Below are positions 46,836 to 59,100 of a DNA stretch of 64,000 bases, in pieces. Source of the stretch: Bilabrum cf. latius. Lineage: Eukaryota. The stretch's first letter is position 1; every line of letters starts with the position of its first letter. The notes below the pieces were generated by a model. It did not search any database. It had not been told where the DNA came from and saw only the letters and a list, made by a program, of their open reading frames with translations. The DNA is taken from contig OZ237767.1 of assembly GCA_965178125.1 (NCBI GenBank), positions 620,001 to 684,000 on the forward strand. Direction: 5' to 3'. Made by a program: the position numbers and the translations under genes.

Positions 46836-49562
46836 TCAGAAGAGGTCCTGGTCGAAAGAGGACATAATTTCCTTGCGGGTGATGATGCCCTGGACCTCGT
46901 TGCGGCTGTCCACCACGCACAGGTGCCGGATGCCAAGCGATCGGAACAGCACGAAGACCCTGGACAGCGGACACTGCAGCTGGACCGATATGGGCACGGG
47001 GTTCATGATGGGCCGCATGTCGATCTTCTTGTCCATGGCTCCCTCAGGCACCTCGCTGAGGTCAATGTCCACATCTTTGCTGCTAAGCGACGTCGCGAAG
47101 TCGTCGTACGACAGCCGCCCCATGGCGTCGTCCCCGTCCCCCCACGCCTTGGCTTTCAGCAGCACCGCCAGCTGGTTCCTCAGCACCATGCCCACAAACT
47201 TGTACGACCCCGAGGCCCGCGTCACCTGCGCCCCGCTGGTCTCCAGGGCCAGCTCGCTCGCGGCCGCGGAGGCCGCCCCGCTGCCGCTGCCATCCAGCCC
47301 AGACACCTTGCCTTCCGCGATGTGGCCATCGCTGTGGCTCTGCTGCTCTAGCTGCCGCTGCTTGGCCGCCGGCCCCGCGCTGCCCCCCTTATGCCCCGCG
47401 GTGGGCGCGTGGTACTCGCCCTTGTCCAGCGCCACCACAGGGAATCCGCTGTGCTTGCACGAGGCCAGCGTCCTGACGATGCGCCGGACCGACTCTTTGG
47501 CCCTGACTGAGATAACCGGGTGCCGCATGACGTCGCCCGCTGTGAGGTGGAACATGTTGCCCGAGGGCGCGCTCTCGACGAAGGGCATGCACTTGAGCTC
47601 GACGTGCAGGTCGTAGAGGGAGATGTTGAAGAGGTCGCCCACCCACTTGGAGACCATGAGGCACACCATAATGGGCGTGATGAACTGCACGTCGTTCGTT
47701 GTCTCGAGCAAGATCACCGTCAGCGAGATGGTCATCCTGGCCACCCCGCCCAGCGACGAGGTCGCCCCGATGAGGGCATACGTGCCCGGCACGATGCTCG
47801 AGTTGGGGAAGCAGTACCGCATGCCCTCTCCGAACAGTCGCCCGAACGCGCAGCCCATGAGGATGCAGGGGACGAACAGCCCGCTCGGGACCGCGATCCC
47901 GTAGGTGACCACTGCCAGCGCGAAGATGATGAAGTAGTAGGCCAGCAGCGAGTCCCAGTCGTACACGGCCGTGTTGTGGAAGAAGCCCTTGATGGCGTTC
48001 TCGTTGGTGGTGAACAGCATGGAGGCCATCGTGTTGTACTCGCCCTCGCCGCACTGATACCGGGAGAAGAAGTTCACGTCCAGCCGGTCCATCAGCGCCT
48101 CATCCGCGTCAGGAACGACCCTGCAGCGCGGGAAGAAGTACGGGGCCCAGAAGGCCGCCGTGGCGGTGGCCGCCGCAACCAGGATGGCCTCGCCCATGCG
48201 CGGGGCCCACGCTCCCTGCAGCACGTCCCGCCTCCACCTGCAGATCCGCTCGTTGATCGCGTTGAAGAGAGCCCCGTGCATGCCCCCGAAGCACGCGATC
48301 ACCACGAAGAAGGGCAGCTCCCACAGCCTGAACGGCACGTTCTGGATGGCTGGCCCGAAGGAGATGAGGCCCTGGAAGGACCCCTGCTGGTTCTCCGCCA
48401 GCTTCCACACGTTCAAAAAGAAAGTGCCCAGCATGGAGCACAGAAACGCCCGCCACGTCAGGTCGATGCTCCAGAACGACGAAGCCTCCTCCAGCGAGAA
48501 CAGGATGCCACCGACGGGGCTGCCGAACGCAGCCGCCACGCCCGCCGCGCAGCCACCGCTCACAAAGTCCCGTTTGTCTTTGTCGTTGCGGAAGCGGTAC
48601 ACCCACCTGCGGAGCCCCGTGCCCCAGCAGCTGGCCTCCTCCGCCTCGGCATCGATCGGCCCGCCCTCGTCGTCCTCACGCCCCTCGTCCTAGTCCTCGC
48701 GTGACCCGATCAGAGGGGTGGAGGATCCCTCCTGCGGGTGCTTGGCACGCTTCTTGCGGGGACTACCGGCCCCTTCGTTCCGGCCCTCCCCGCCTCTAGA
48801 GGCGAGATCATCGCCGCACCCGCACAGCTGCTGGGCGCCTGTCAAGTGGGATATGTTGGCGGCGAAAATGGCACCCGAGTGGACCAGGGGGCCTTCCTTG
48901 CCGATAGCGAGTCCGGCCGCCACAGAGAACATCACACCTACTGCCTTTACGACCAGAGTCTTCATTGTAAGGTACTACGGCAGGTTTGTGCCGTTGAGGA
49001 GCGCCTTGGCCTCGGGAATGCCCGAGCCGCCCGCCGCGGGCTCCACCACGGCCACGAGAAACGTAGCGATCGTTACGAACCCAACAGAGACCAGAAGGAA
49101 CAGAATAAATGGAACTGCAAGCTGACCAGCGTGAACCCTGTCTCGGATCAGCGAGAACTTCACGTCAAACAAAAAGTCAACACCTTTGGAGAGACCAAAG
49201 GCAAGCGTTCCCGTCAGCACACCGATGGCAGCGAACACAAGCCAGCGGGCGACGTTCACCGTGCTATTTACTCGCTAGTCCATTCCCATCCGCTCTTTTC
49301 GGTACAGAGCGTTGGGTGGAATATCGTAGTCGAGACTCTAGTACGACTCCATCAGCTTGCGCTCCTCCGCGGTCATATGGTGACCGTGGGAGCCGTCATC
49401 GTGGCTATCGTGGCCGGAACCATGCTGATCACCAGAATCTGCGTATTCAATGGGATCAAGTGTACAGCGCTAGGGTCTATGCTTGTGTCAACCTGGAGCA
49501 ATGGCAGATGCAGCTGCAATCGGTGCTCGGTTTGCACGCGTTGTGATGGCCTCACCAGGCAT
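46836..49562 (-). CDS. CLC-family Cl-/H+ antiporter (CLC-6/7, CLC-d-like) with two CBS domains
   Basis: [14 protein letters not shown] (gating Glu), [23 protein letters not shown] (proton Glu), [18 protein letters not shown] and C-terminal CBS ([13 protein letters not shown]). TAGs at 49338, 49275, 48975 and 48690. Inferred 7-nt first coding exon plus intron 49439-49555; ends at TGA. Confidence 0.92.
49439..49555 (-). other. Putative spliceosomal intron (117 nt, phase 1)
   Basis: ATG CCT G|GTGAGG...tacgcAG|AT; removes an in-frame TGA. Confidence 0.55.
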
Positions 49563-49709
49563 GGGTGAATAACTGTTGTAGCGGCTATTTGTGTTATCGA
49601 GTGCTCGAGTTTCTCGTTTACTAGGCCACAGAGAGCTGCAGGGCGTCCCCATCAGCGAACGACCCAATCCATGCGAAATGCAGATTCATTACGCAACCCT
49701 GATCTGCCT

Positions 49710-52700
49710 TCAAATCACCGCCCTGGCCCTGATACTCCTCTCAGAACGGCATTCCAGCGCAGCCAATTCTCGTGCGGCTCTAAGCTTGTGCCCGAGCGTC
49801 TTCGCGAACCCGGCTGGGTCGAACAGCAGCGGCGGCGGCGGCCCGGCAGACTCGACCTCGGCCCCACCGTATTCGCCGTACTCTCCGGCCCCGCCTGTGC
49901 CACCGCCACCCTCCTCTGAGACAGCCCCCACCACAGTCCCGGGACACTGCATCCCGGTGCTCCCCAGCAGCCGCCCCCGCAGCAAACCCGCCCCCGCGCC
50001 GCCCCCGCTCGCCAGCACCGCCCCCAGCCTCCCCACCAGCCGCACGGCTGACCTGTGCGAGGGGGCTGCCAGCCAGCCGTGATGCGCCGCCCGCACCAGA
50101 CTTGCTCCCACCCGAGAGGCCATCCCCGCCCCCGGCACCGTCACCACGGGCAGCCCCGATGCCAGCGCGTCGCTCGCGCTCGTGTGAGCCCCGTACACCC
50201 TCGTGTCGAGGAACACGTCGGCCGCCAGGTGACGCAGCAGGTGCTCGCCCTTGTCCACGCGCGGGGCCAGCAGCACGCGGTGCCCCGGCACACCCCGCGC
50301 CTGCATGGCTCGCCGCAGGGCCAGAGCCCCCTCCTCGCTGGACCGCAGCACCCACAGCACGGCGCGGCTCTCTCTACGAAGCAGACCCGCCCACGCCTCC
50401 ACAGCGACCGCGTCGATCTTCTCCAGCCGATTAAAGGCAGCGTACACGATCGCGTCCTACCGCGTCCCCGGTGGCAGGTATGCCCTCCGTGCAGCTGCCC
50501 TCACGCGCCTGATCGCAGCAGGGTGCATGAGGTCCAGAGCGAGGGAGAGCAGGACAGGGCCGTGGCTCGACTCGCGGCGGACTTCGGAGGCGTGCAAAAC
50601 ATACGCATCCTCGACACCATCCTCAGCGACTGCTGCATCGCTGCCAGTCAGCGCATCTGAGAATGCCTGCAGCGAGCTGCTCGACTCGTTGCCTGCGGCG
50701 AGAGACCCACCGGTGGCATGCCCGCACAGCACCCGCGCGATGAGGCCGACATACGGCTCCTCGGGCGACTGCGGCTAGTACGTGGCCGGCATGTACAGGA
50801 GCCTGGGGCCGTCTGCTATGGGCTTGGGGGCCTTGGCACCCTTGCGAGCCACGATCTGCAAGTCCTCGCCGACTGCACCCAGCGCCTCTCTGGCAGCTGC
50901 AGTGCCCTCGCTCCACAGTTGCACCGCCATCCAGTCGGGGGGGCTCAGGGAGGGGTCTGCCACCTGCCAGTCGAAAGGAAGGCCAGCGGATGCGCGCAGG
51001 GCTTGCACCAGCTGCGGTCTGTTGCTACTGCCGTCTTCCTGCTATGCATTGGCCAGCTCGCCTGCTGCCATGCTCCAGCAGGCCCTCTGTCCCGCCCGCA
51101 TGCTGGACCTGGCTCCCTCCGCCGGCCCCCCAGCCTCCTTCAATACACGGCGGTTGCGCACGGGACCCGCCACGGGTCCCGCAAACCCTAGGAACGTGAC
51201 CTGCGTATGCGCAGGCCCACTGGCCAGGGCGGGAGCATTCGTGAAGTCGTGAAGTCCGTCGTAGTCTATCACCACGGAGGCTCCCGCACTGGCGATGCGA
51301 GCCGCCTAGCCGATCGCGTCCATCTCTGACAGATCTTCCAGACCTGACCCCTGCGACTGCCCCTGCCACTCACCAGTCGCCCCTACCCCCGCGCACCGCC
51401 GCTCCACCTCTCGCCTCTCCCAGCTCCCGTCGTCCCTTCCCGTGGCGAAGCACCGCAGCCGCACCCTACGGTCAAGGCTCCAGGCATGCAGCAGGCCCAG
51501 CAGCAGCTGCGTGCCCGGATACCGCTCGAAGCGCCGAGACACGACAGCAATGCGAAGTACCGGCTACTCAATCCCACTGGCCCCGCCCCCACCGACCTGC
51601 AGCGCGCCATGATGCTCGCCGGACCCGCTGGCATTGCCAGCTATTCCACTCACGGCCTTGAGTATCTCCTTCTCCAGTCGCGGAGCGGCCCCTCTGGCGG
51701 TGCGTACGTGTTGCAATAGCCAGCTCCCACTCGCCTGTCTCCTCAGTGCTTCTCCCCTCGAATGCGCCGGTCGTTTGATCGCCTGCATCAGGCCACCCTT
51801 TCCACCTCCACCACCAGCGGCCTGCCCTCCCGTGCCCCCGCCCCCGAGGCCCCTCAGGTCCATGAACTGCAGCTGGTAGGGAGACAGAGGGGACGGCCTC
51901 CCCGCCTTGAGCTCCCTCCGCATTGCGGCCACGGCCCTGCCCTCCAGACCCGCAGTGACCCGACCGTGCCCCCCAGTGCGCAGAGAGGCGTGCCAGGCGG
52001 AGGCTAGCAGAGCGGGGTGTTCGGGGGCCAGGGACAGCCCCGTCTGCAGGTTACGCATGGCATCTGCCCCTCGATTCAGATTGGAGTACGCGTCTCCCAG
52101 TCGGAGCCGCACGTCTGCCTCGAGCGAAGCCAGCTTGGCTCGCATGCCGGGGTCACGCACTCTGGCCAGCAAATCGTCGCGCTGCAGCCCCGCCTCCTCT
52201 GCCGGGCCTAGCAGCTGCGGCGGACCGCGCTCAGTGCTTGGCATCGCCGACATTGCTTGCAGTTGTAGGGCTGCAAGAGATTGCTGGTAGCGCTCAATTC
52301 CCTCCGCTGTTCGCTTCGCGTTAATCAGCATGTCCCCGGCCCGCATGGGCAGCTCCGGATCTGGAGGGGCACCCGGAGGCGTGAAGCGAGCCGCCTGGTC
52401 TAGGTGATGCAAAGCTACACCATACGCAGCCATGCGAGCGCGGACAAATGCAGCCTTCATGTGAGCTTGCTTCATGATCTGCGGCGGAGCTCCCTGCCGA
52501 ATCACATCTTCGAAAGCAGCCAAGGCCCCACTCTCGTCGCCGCCCAGCTACAACGCATACCCTGCGTTGTATAATAACTAGCCGACAATCTCGTGGCTGT
52601 CGTGGTCTCCGGATTCCGACGCCAGCCTTGCGCAGCGCTAGAACGCCTTCGCTGACAAGCTCGCAGCATCGGATCCGCCGCTCTTTGACAAGGCTTCTGC

Positions 52701-52778
52701 CTTCTGTGCGCACTCATATGCATTGAATGCAAATACACCCTACAGAAGATACAGAATAATTATGATTGTGCCTGACAT
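49710..52778 (-). CDS. TPR-containing GT41 glycosyltransferase (O-GlcNAc transferase/SEC-like)
   Basis: TPR-like helices, then LRIAVVSRRF, VIDYDG...PAHTQVTFLGFAG, LYMPATY*P, AFNRLEKID, ADVFLDTRVYGAHTSASDALASGLPVVT..G..MASRVGASL. Nine TAGs (52740, 52638, 52578, 52548, 51564, 51306, 51042, 50775, 50457); ATG 52778, ends at TGA. Confidence 0.85.
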
Positions 52779-53115
52779 TGCGGCTGTGAATGGGCTGTAC
52801 AGCCGCAGGTGCAACTCGTGCGACAAAACTGCACGTTACCACTATCCTCCCAACGGCTTGGGCAGGCTACACGAGCCATTTGTGGTCGATCAGGACCTTC
52901 ACCGAGATATTTTCTATCGATTCCCAATTAATTGTGAGTTTTTGCAGCTAAGTCGCATGGGAAATGGTGGACAACCACCCAAACCATGCGCACTTGTTGA
53001 CTTGAATGGTGCGATCTGTTGAATGCCTCAATCAATTCCTCGTTGCTGTCAAAGCCCACGGCACACCACCCATTCGTGCGCAGACATCGTCTCTTCTGAC
53101 TGAGACGAAGTGGTT

Positions 53116-56100
53116 ATGGCGGCAGCTGGTGGCTCATTTCGAGCGAGTGGTGGGCCATCGCCTGTGCACCACTCCTCGTCTTCAACTGGATAGCTGCACT
53201 CACTTCCAAACACCCCCGGAGGGAGGGCGCCGGATGCAGCGGCAGCTCTGGATGATGCGCAGTCGCGCCTTGTCGACTGGGTGAAGCGGCGCATCAGGCT
53301 AAAGGGATTTCGCCCGAAAGAGATGTGGTCTGCGGCGCACGACAAGGTGGTGTCTCAGTTCCTGTTCAACCCTGACCTTGAGCGGCTTGCCGTGTACGTC
53401 TCAGAGAAGAAGCAGCTGTGCTTTATCCTGCCGTACTCCCCTATGCGGTACGTCCCGAAGCAATTCTCGTATTTCGTGAAGCGCCCCGCGCAGGGCCCCT
53501 CTGGCGAGGACGCAGACGGCACCATGGCAGCCGCTGCGGGGGGCTCCATGGGCGAGGATGCAGATGGGCAGGGTGCGCAGAACGAGCCAGTCTCGATCGC
53601 GACGGTCTCTCGCCGGATCCAGTTCGGTCAGGCGAATGGGGGTGGGTTGGACTCGCTGCTCCGCGTGATGAAGGGGGTGTATTCGCCCCAGCTTCTCCAG
53701 GGGAAATCGAACCTACCCGGGTCTGTGAGGAGGGAGGTCGCGGGTGAGCTGCACCGCTTCATGGCCTCGCTGGTGGAAGCGGCCCACCAGTCTCAGGGCA
53801 AGACCATGCTCTATGTTCCCCCAGAGGCAGTGCCCGAGGACTCGCAAGAAGCCGCGGCCGACGACGAGCTGGTCCAGCGGCTGGGGGCCATCGTGATGCA
53901 CTGGACGCGGCAGATCAGGGACGTGACGGCCGTGTCCGGGGCGGAAGGAACCATGAGTCCCGACGAGGAGGACACCACAGCTGCCAGCAGGGGCCTTCTG
54001 CTGGAGCTGGACTTCTGGAGCGGGCGGTGCGACGACCTCTCCGGGGTGACGGGCCAGCTGCGGTCGGGAGACGTGCGGCGGATTGCAGAGGCGCTGCGGG
54101 CCGCTGCCTCGCCGCACCTGGCTCCCTTTGAGGCCCGCGCGGCGCAGATCATGGCTGCCTCCGGTGTCGCGGAAGAGAACCTCAAGTTCCTCGGGGTGCT
54201 GCGCGGGGTGAGCGAGCGGCTCGAGGTCGCGGGGCCGGACGAGGTCCCTGCGCTGCTACCCGAGGTGCTCTCGCGCATCCGGTTCGTCACGGAGCATTGC
54301 AAGTACTACGCCTCTTCGGAGCGGGTGAGCGGGCTTCTGGTGCGCGTGTCCGATGCGGTGGTGGCACGGTGCCGCGTGTCGATCGACCTGGACGAGCTGT
54401 TCGACGGGTCTGCCGTGAGTGCCGCTGAGAGGCTGCAGACGTGCGTGCAGTGCCTGGACGCGTGGCGGACAGAGTACGCGCGCGTGGCTGCCGTGGCTCG
54501 ACTCGGGCGCGGCCCCGACGCGCAGCCGTGGAGGCCCAACTTGCGGGCCGTGTTTGCGAGGGCGAATGCGTTCCGGCAGCGGTGCCTCGACTTGCGTGCG
54601 ATCTGCGAGGGGTTGCAGCAGTTTGCCAGGCGAACCTCCGAGGAGGACGGGAGGGCGCAGCCGCTGCCTCGGTTCGGCGGGCAGCGGGGTCGTGAGGTGG
54701 TGGCTGACCTGTCCACGATCGAGCAGCAGTTCCTGGACGTGATGCGAGAGATCAAGGCGCGCCGGGGGTCCCTGCTCAGCATCCAGGCCCCGCACTGGTA
54801 CCAGATCAACGCGTACTTCAAGAGCCGCGTGAAGGACCTCGAGGTGATGATGACCAATTCGATCCACTCCGCATTCGAGGGAACCACCCGCATCCCCGAC
54901 TGCGCCGCTCTGCTCGAGGCCTTCGACTCGCTGGCCATCATCCCGAGGATCAAGAGGGCGGTGCATTAGAAGGCGCAGGAGGTATGGGCGCTCTTCCTCA
55001 AGCAGCTCAGAGACGCGAAGAGCATCTTCGACGCGCAGGCGCACAACCCGCCGCTGCGCCCCGATGAGCCCATGTTTGCCGGCGCGGCCCTGTGGACGGA
55101 GGGAATCGCGCGCCCCCTCCGGGAGGACATGGCGGTGCTGGACCGACTTACCTTCCTGGAGGACTGCCCCGAGCGGGCCGAGGCCAAGACCACGCACATG
55201 GAGCACCAGCTGTCGTACCAGTCCCACTGCGAGTCGCTGTGCCGCAGGTGGAAGGACCAGCTCGCGGGGGCTGGCAGCGCCGAGGGGATCAACGACCGGC
55301 TGCACCAGTCCCTGCTGCAGAAGCAGTCATCCCCGCAGGACAATGAGAAGGACAAGGTCACGACCCTGGACGAGGCAGGCGACGGGGCCATCCACATCAC
55401 GAGGACGGCCAAGGTGACTCGGGATCGGTCGACCGGGTATCTGCAGAGCAACTTTGACGAGGGCCTGCAGAAGCTCTTCAACGAGGTGCACGGCTGGCAA
55501 AAGTTCGGGGGCAGGTACACTGTGCCCTTCGCCGCTGTTGACCTCAAGAACAACAGGATGGACGCCCTGCGGAAGGCCCAGGAGCAGGTGATGCTCGTGG
55601 TGCGCGCGTACAACGGCATCGTGGACTCGTTGCGGTCCGACGAGCGCCCCCTATTTGCGTTCGCTGTCAAGAAGCTGGATCGGTCCATCCTCCCCGGCCT
55701 GTCTCGCGTGAGGTGGGACACGGACCCAGGGCCTAGGGAGCTTTTCCTGCGGCAGGCACGCGCTCGATGCCTCGAGATGCAGGCCGCGGTGGACGAGTTC
55801 CACCGGCTGCGCAAGCGGGCCGAGTCGATCGTCAAGGAGATGGACGGGACAGCCCTGGCCGAGATCGAGAAGCACTACGTGTACGACCAGACCGAGTTCA
55901 GGGCGAGGCAGGCCAAGTGCCAGGAGGACGCCAGGCGCGCTCTGCTGCGGCTGCACGACGAGCAGCGCAAGGTCCTGACCGGCATGTACGCATTCTTTCG
56001 GCCCGCGCCGGTGTCCGTGCAGACGCACTGGGTGCGGTACGTGCGCGGGCTGGACCAGCAGGTGGGGCGCGCGCTGCACGGGTCCGTGAAGCGCAGCCTG

Positions 56101-59100
56101 ACCATGCTGCACCGGGCCATCTGCGGAGACCCCAAGGCGGACGGGCAGATGCCTCTGTTCCGCGTGAACCTGCTGCTAGAGAACAAGAGGCTGGACTACT
56201 CGCCCACCATGATGGAGCTGCAGCAGATGCTGGGCGCGGTGCAGAAGCAGCTGACCACTGTGATCATGGTGGTGCCCAGACTGCTGGACGTGCTGCCGCT
56301 CTACATCAAGGGCTACAAGGCGTCAAGGGCCGCCCTCGAGGCCGCCGCGCAGGCCCGCAGGGAGGGCCTGGCGCCCTCTTTGCAGGAGAGGGCAGCGACC
56401 CTCGCGGCTTCTGCCTCGAGCGCTACCCTGGGCAAGACGGAGTCCAAGGAGTCGGAGGAGGGGAAGGAGGGCGAACCGGCCGTTGCTGCCGGCGGGGCAG
56501 GTGCCGGGGCAGGTGCCGGAGAAAGCGAAGACGGCGCAGGCGCAGGCGAAGGCAAAGAGCCGGATGCGCCCGAGTCGTCCGCCGCCAAGGCGGCTGCCGT
56601 GGCGGCTCTCGGTGCCGGTGGTGCCCCTGGCGGCGAGAGCGGGCAGCTGGGGTTCTACGACATCATCAGCAACAAGGAGGAGATCCTGGAGCTGATGATC
56701 TCGACCATTAACGGGTCTTCCACCACGTCCAACGAGCTGAGCAAGAACAGGCAGCGGTGGAGCGTGTACTCCGGGCTCTGGGACAGGGACCGCGCCCAGT
56801 TCCTGCAGCGCTTGCAGCTCATGCGGGAGCGCGTGTCGAGCCGTATGGAGGTCGTGGGTGCGTTCGACCGTGACATCGACCAATACCGCACGCTGGAGAG
56901 CGACATCCGCGGGGAGGAACCCACCGAGACGATCGACTTCGTCAAGGTGGACAACTCGCTGCTCAAGGAGCGGCTGCTAGAGCTCAAGGATCAGTGGCAG
57001 CAGAGCATGCTGCAGCTGCTGCACGACCAGGCCCTGGCCGAGCTGAGGGAGGTGCAGGCCTTCGTGGACGACAACCAGAGGGAGCTGGCGAAGCAGCCCG
57101 AGACGCTGCTGGGCCTCCTGGAGATGTCCAAGCGGCTGCAGCGGTGCAGGGCAGACCTGAGCTCGTACGAGGAGCGGTTCGCCCCGCTGGACAGCATGTA
57201 TCGCTTGCTTGGCAAGTACCAATTCCAGCTGTCTGCTAGCGAAAAGGCCCAGAAGGACGGGCTGAGCAGCAAGTGGGATGGCTTCCACGCCGCGCTGGAC
57301 CGGGCGGATGACGACCTGCGCCGACTCAAGTCTGCCAAGAAGAAGGATCTGCAAGACTCGCTGCAGAAGCTCGCGCAGGATGTGGCGCAGCTGAAGAAGG
57401 AGGCCCAGCAGCAGCTGCCCTACAACATCCCCGCTGGCGGCCTCCAAGAGGCATCGGAGATCCTCCGGCACTTTCGGACCAAGGTGGAGCAGGCCAGGCG
57501 CACGGAGGCTGAGCTGGGCCCCGGCCTGGAGGTGTTCGAGATCCCCAGCGCGGAGCCTCCGGAGCTGGTGGAGGTTGAGGGCGAGCTATTGAACCTCAAC
57601 AAGCTGTGGGACATCCGGCGCGAGTACGACGCGTCATGGGAGGAGTGGCAGAAGGGCCAGTTCCTCAACCTGGACCCTGAGCGGCTGGAGGCGGAGGGGC
57701 TCAAGTTCAAGCAGCGCGTGGGCAAGATGAGGGAGTTCCGCAGGTGGGGCATCTGGACCTCCGTCGACCAGGACGTGCGCAACTTCCTGCAGACCATGCC
57801 GCTGATCTCGGACCTGGGGAACCCCTCCCTGCGGGAGCGGCACTGGGCAGAGCTCAAGGAGGAGGTGCACGCCGAGTTCGACGAGAGGAGCGGGGACTTC
57901 ACCCTCGGGGCTGTGCAGCGCATGGGCTTTTTCAAGCACTCTGACTTCATCGGCGAGCTGAGCGCCCGCGCCACTCGCGAGAAGAAGATTGAGGACGACC
58001 TGGATGAGATCCTGCGCATCTGGGGCGAGACGAGCATCGACGTCTTCGACTATAAGGAGCACTACAAGAGAATCGCCCCAAGCGAGGAGCTGCAGCAGCA
58101 GCTGGAGAACGACCTGGGCACCCTATCGATGATCAAGGGCAGCAAGTTCTACCCCGCTTTCAAGGGCAAGGTAGATGGCCTGGAGCACCAGCTCAGCCTA
58201 GTGGGCGAGGTGCTTGACCTGCAGATGCAGGTGCAGCGCGCCTGGATGTACCTTGAGAGCATCTTCATGTCCTCTCCGGACATCCGCAGGCAGCTGCAGC
58301 GCGAGAGCGAGCTGTTCGACGACGTCAACGAGAACTACGTCGAGGTCGGCGATCAGATGGCCGCCGAGCCAAACGCCATCAAGGCGTGCTGCCGCGAGGG
58401 CCACCTGGACAGGCTCACCAAGATGGACGAGCAGCTGGAGGAGATCTAGAAATCGCTCGAGAACTACCTGGAGACCAAGCGCCAGGCCTTCCCCCGGTTC
58501 TACTTTTTGTCCAACGCTGACCTGCTGGAGATCCTGGGCCAGTCGTCCAACCCCGAGGCGGTACAGAAGTTCATGAAGGCATGCTTCGAGGGGATCAAGC
58601 GGCTCAAGCTCGAGTCGAGGGATGCCAGCGGCGCGGGCGAAGAGGGCGGCGCTGCTGGGGGCAGCGGTGGCAGCAGCAGCAGCGACTTGCAGTGGTGGGC
58701 AAACGGCATGATTTCTCCCAAGGGCGAGGACGTGTCCTGGGAGTCCCCGCTGCGGCTGCAGGGCCAGGTTGAGGACTGGCTGAACGAGGTCGAGGCCTGC
58801 ATGCGGCTGGCCGTGCGGTTGCACCTGGGTCACACCATCGTCGGGTTCGGCAGGGTGAAGAAGCTGCCCCTGTCGCTCAAGAAGCTCCGCAAGATCCACG
58901 AGTGGATCCGGCAGTACCCTGGCCAGCTGCTCATCTCCACCGGCAAGATTTCCTTCACGAAGACCACGGAGCAGCACCTGCAGCTCGCCAGCGAGGGCGA
59001 TGCCAAGGCAATGAAGCGCCTGGTGAAGGGGCAGCGCATCTACCTTAAGCTCCTGGCTGGCATCGTGCAGGGAGACATGCGCAAGCTGGACCGCAAGAAG

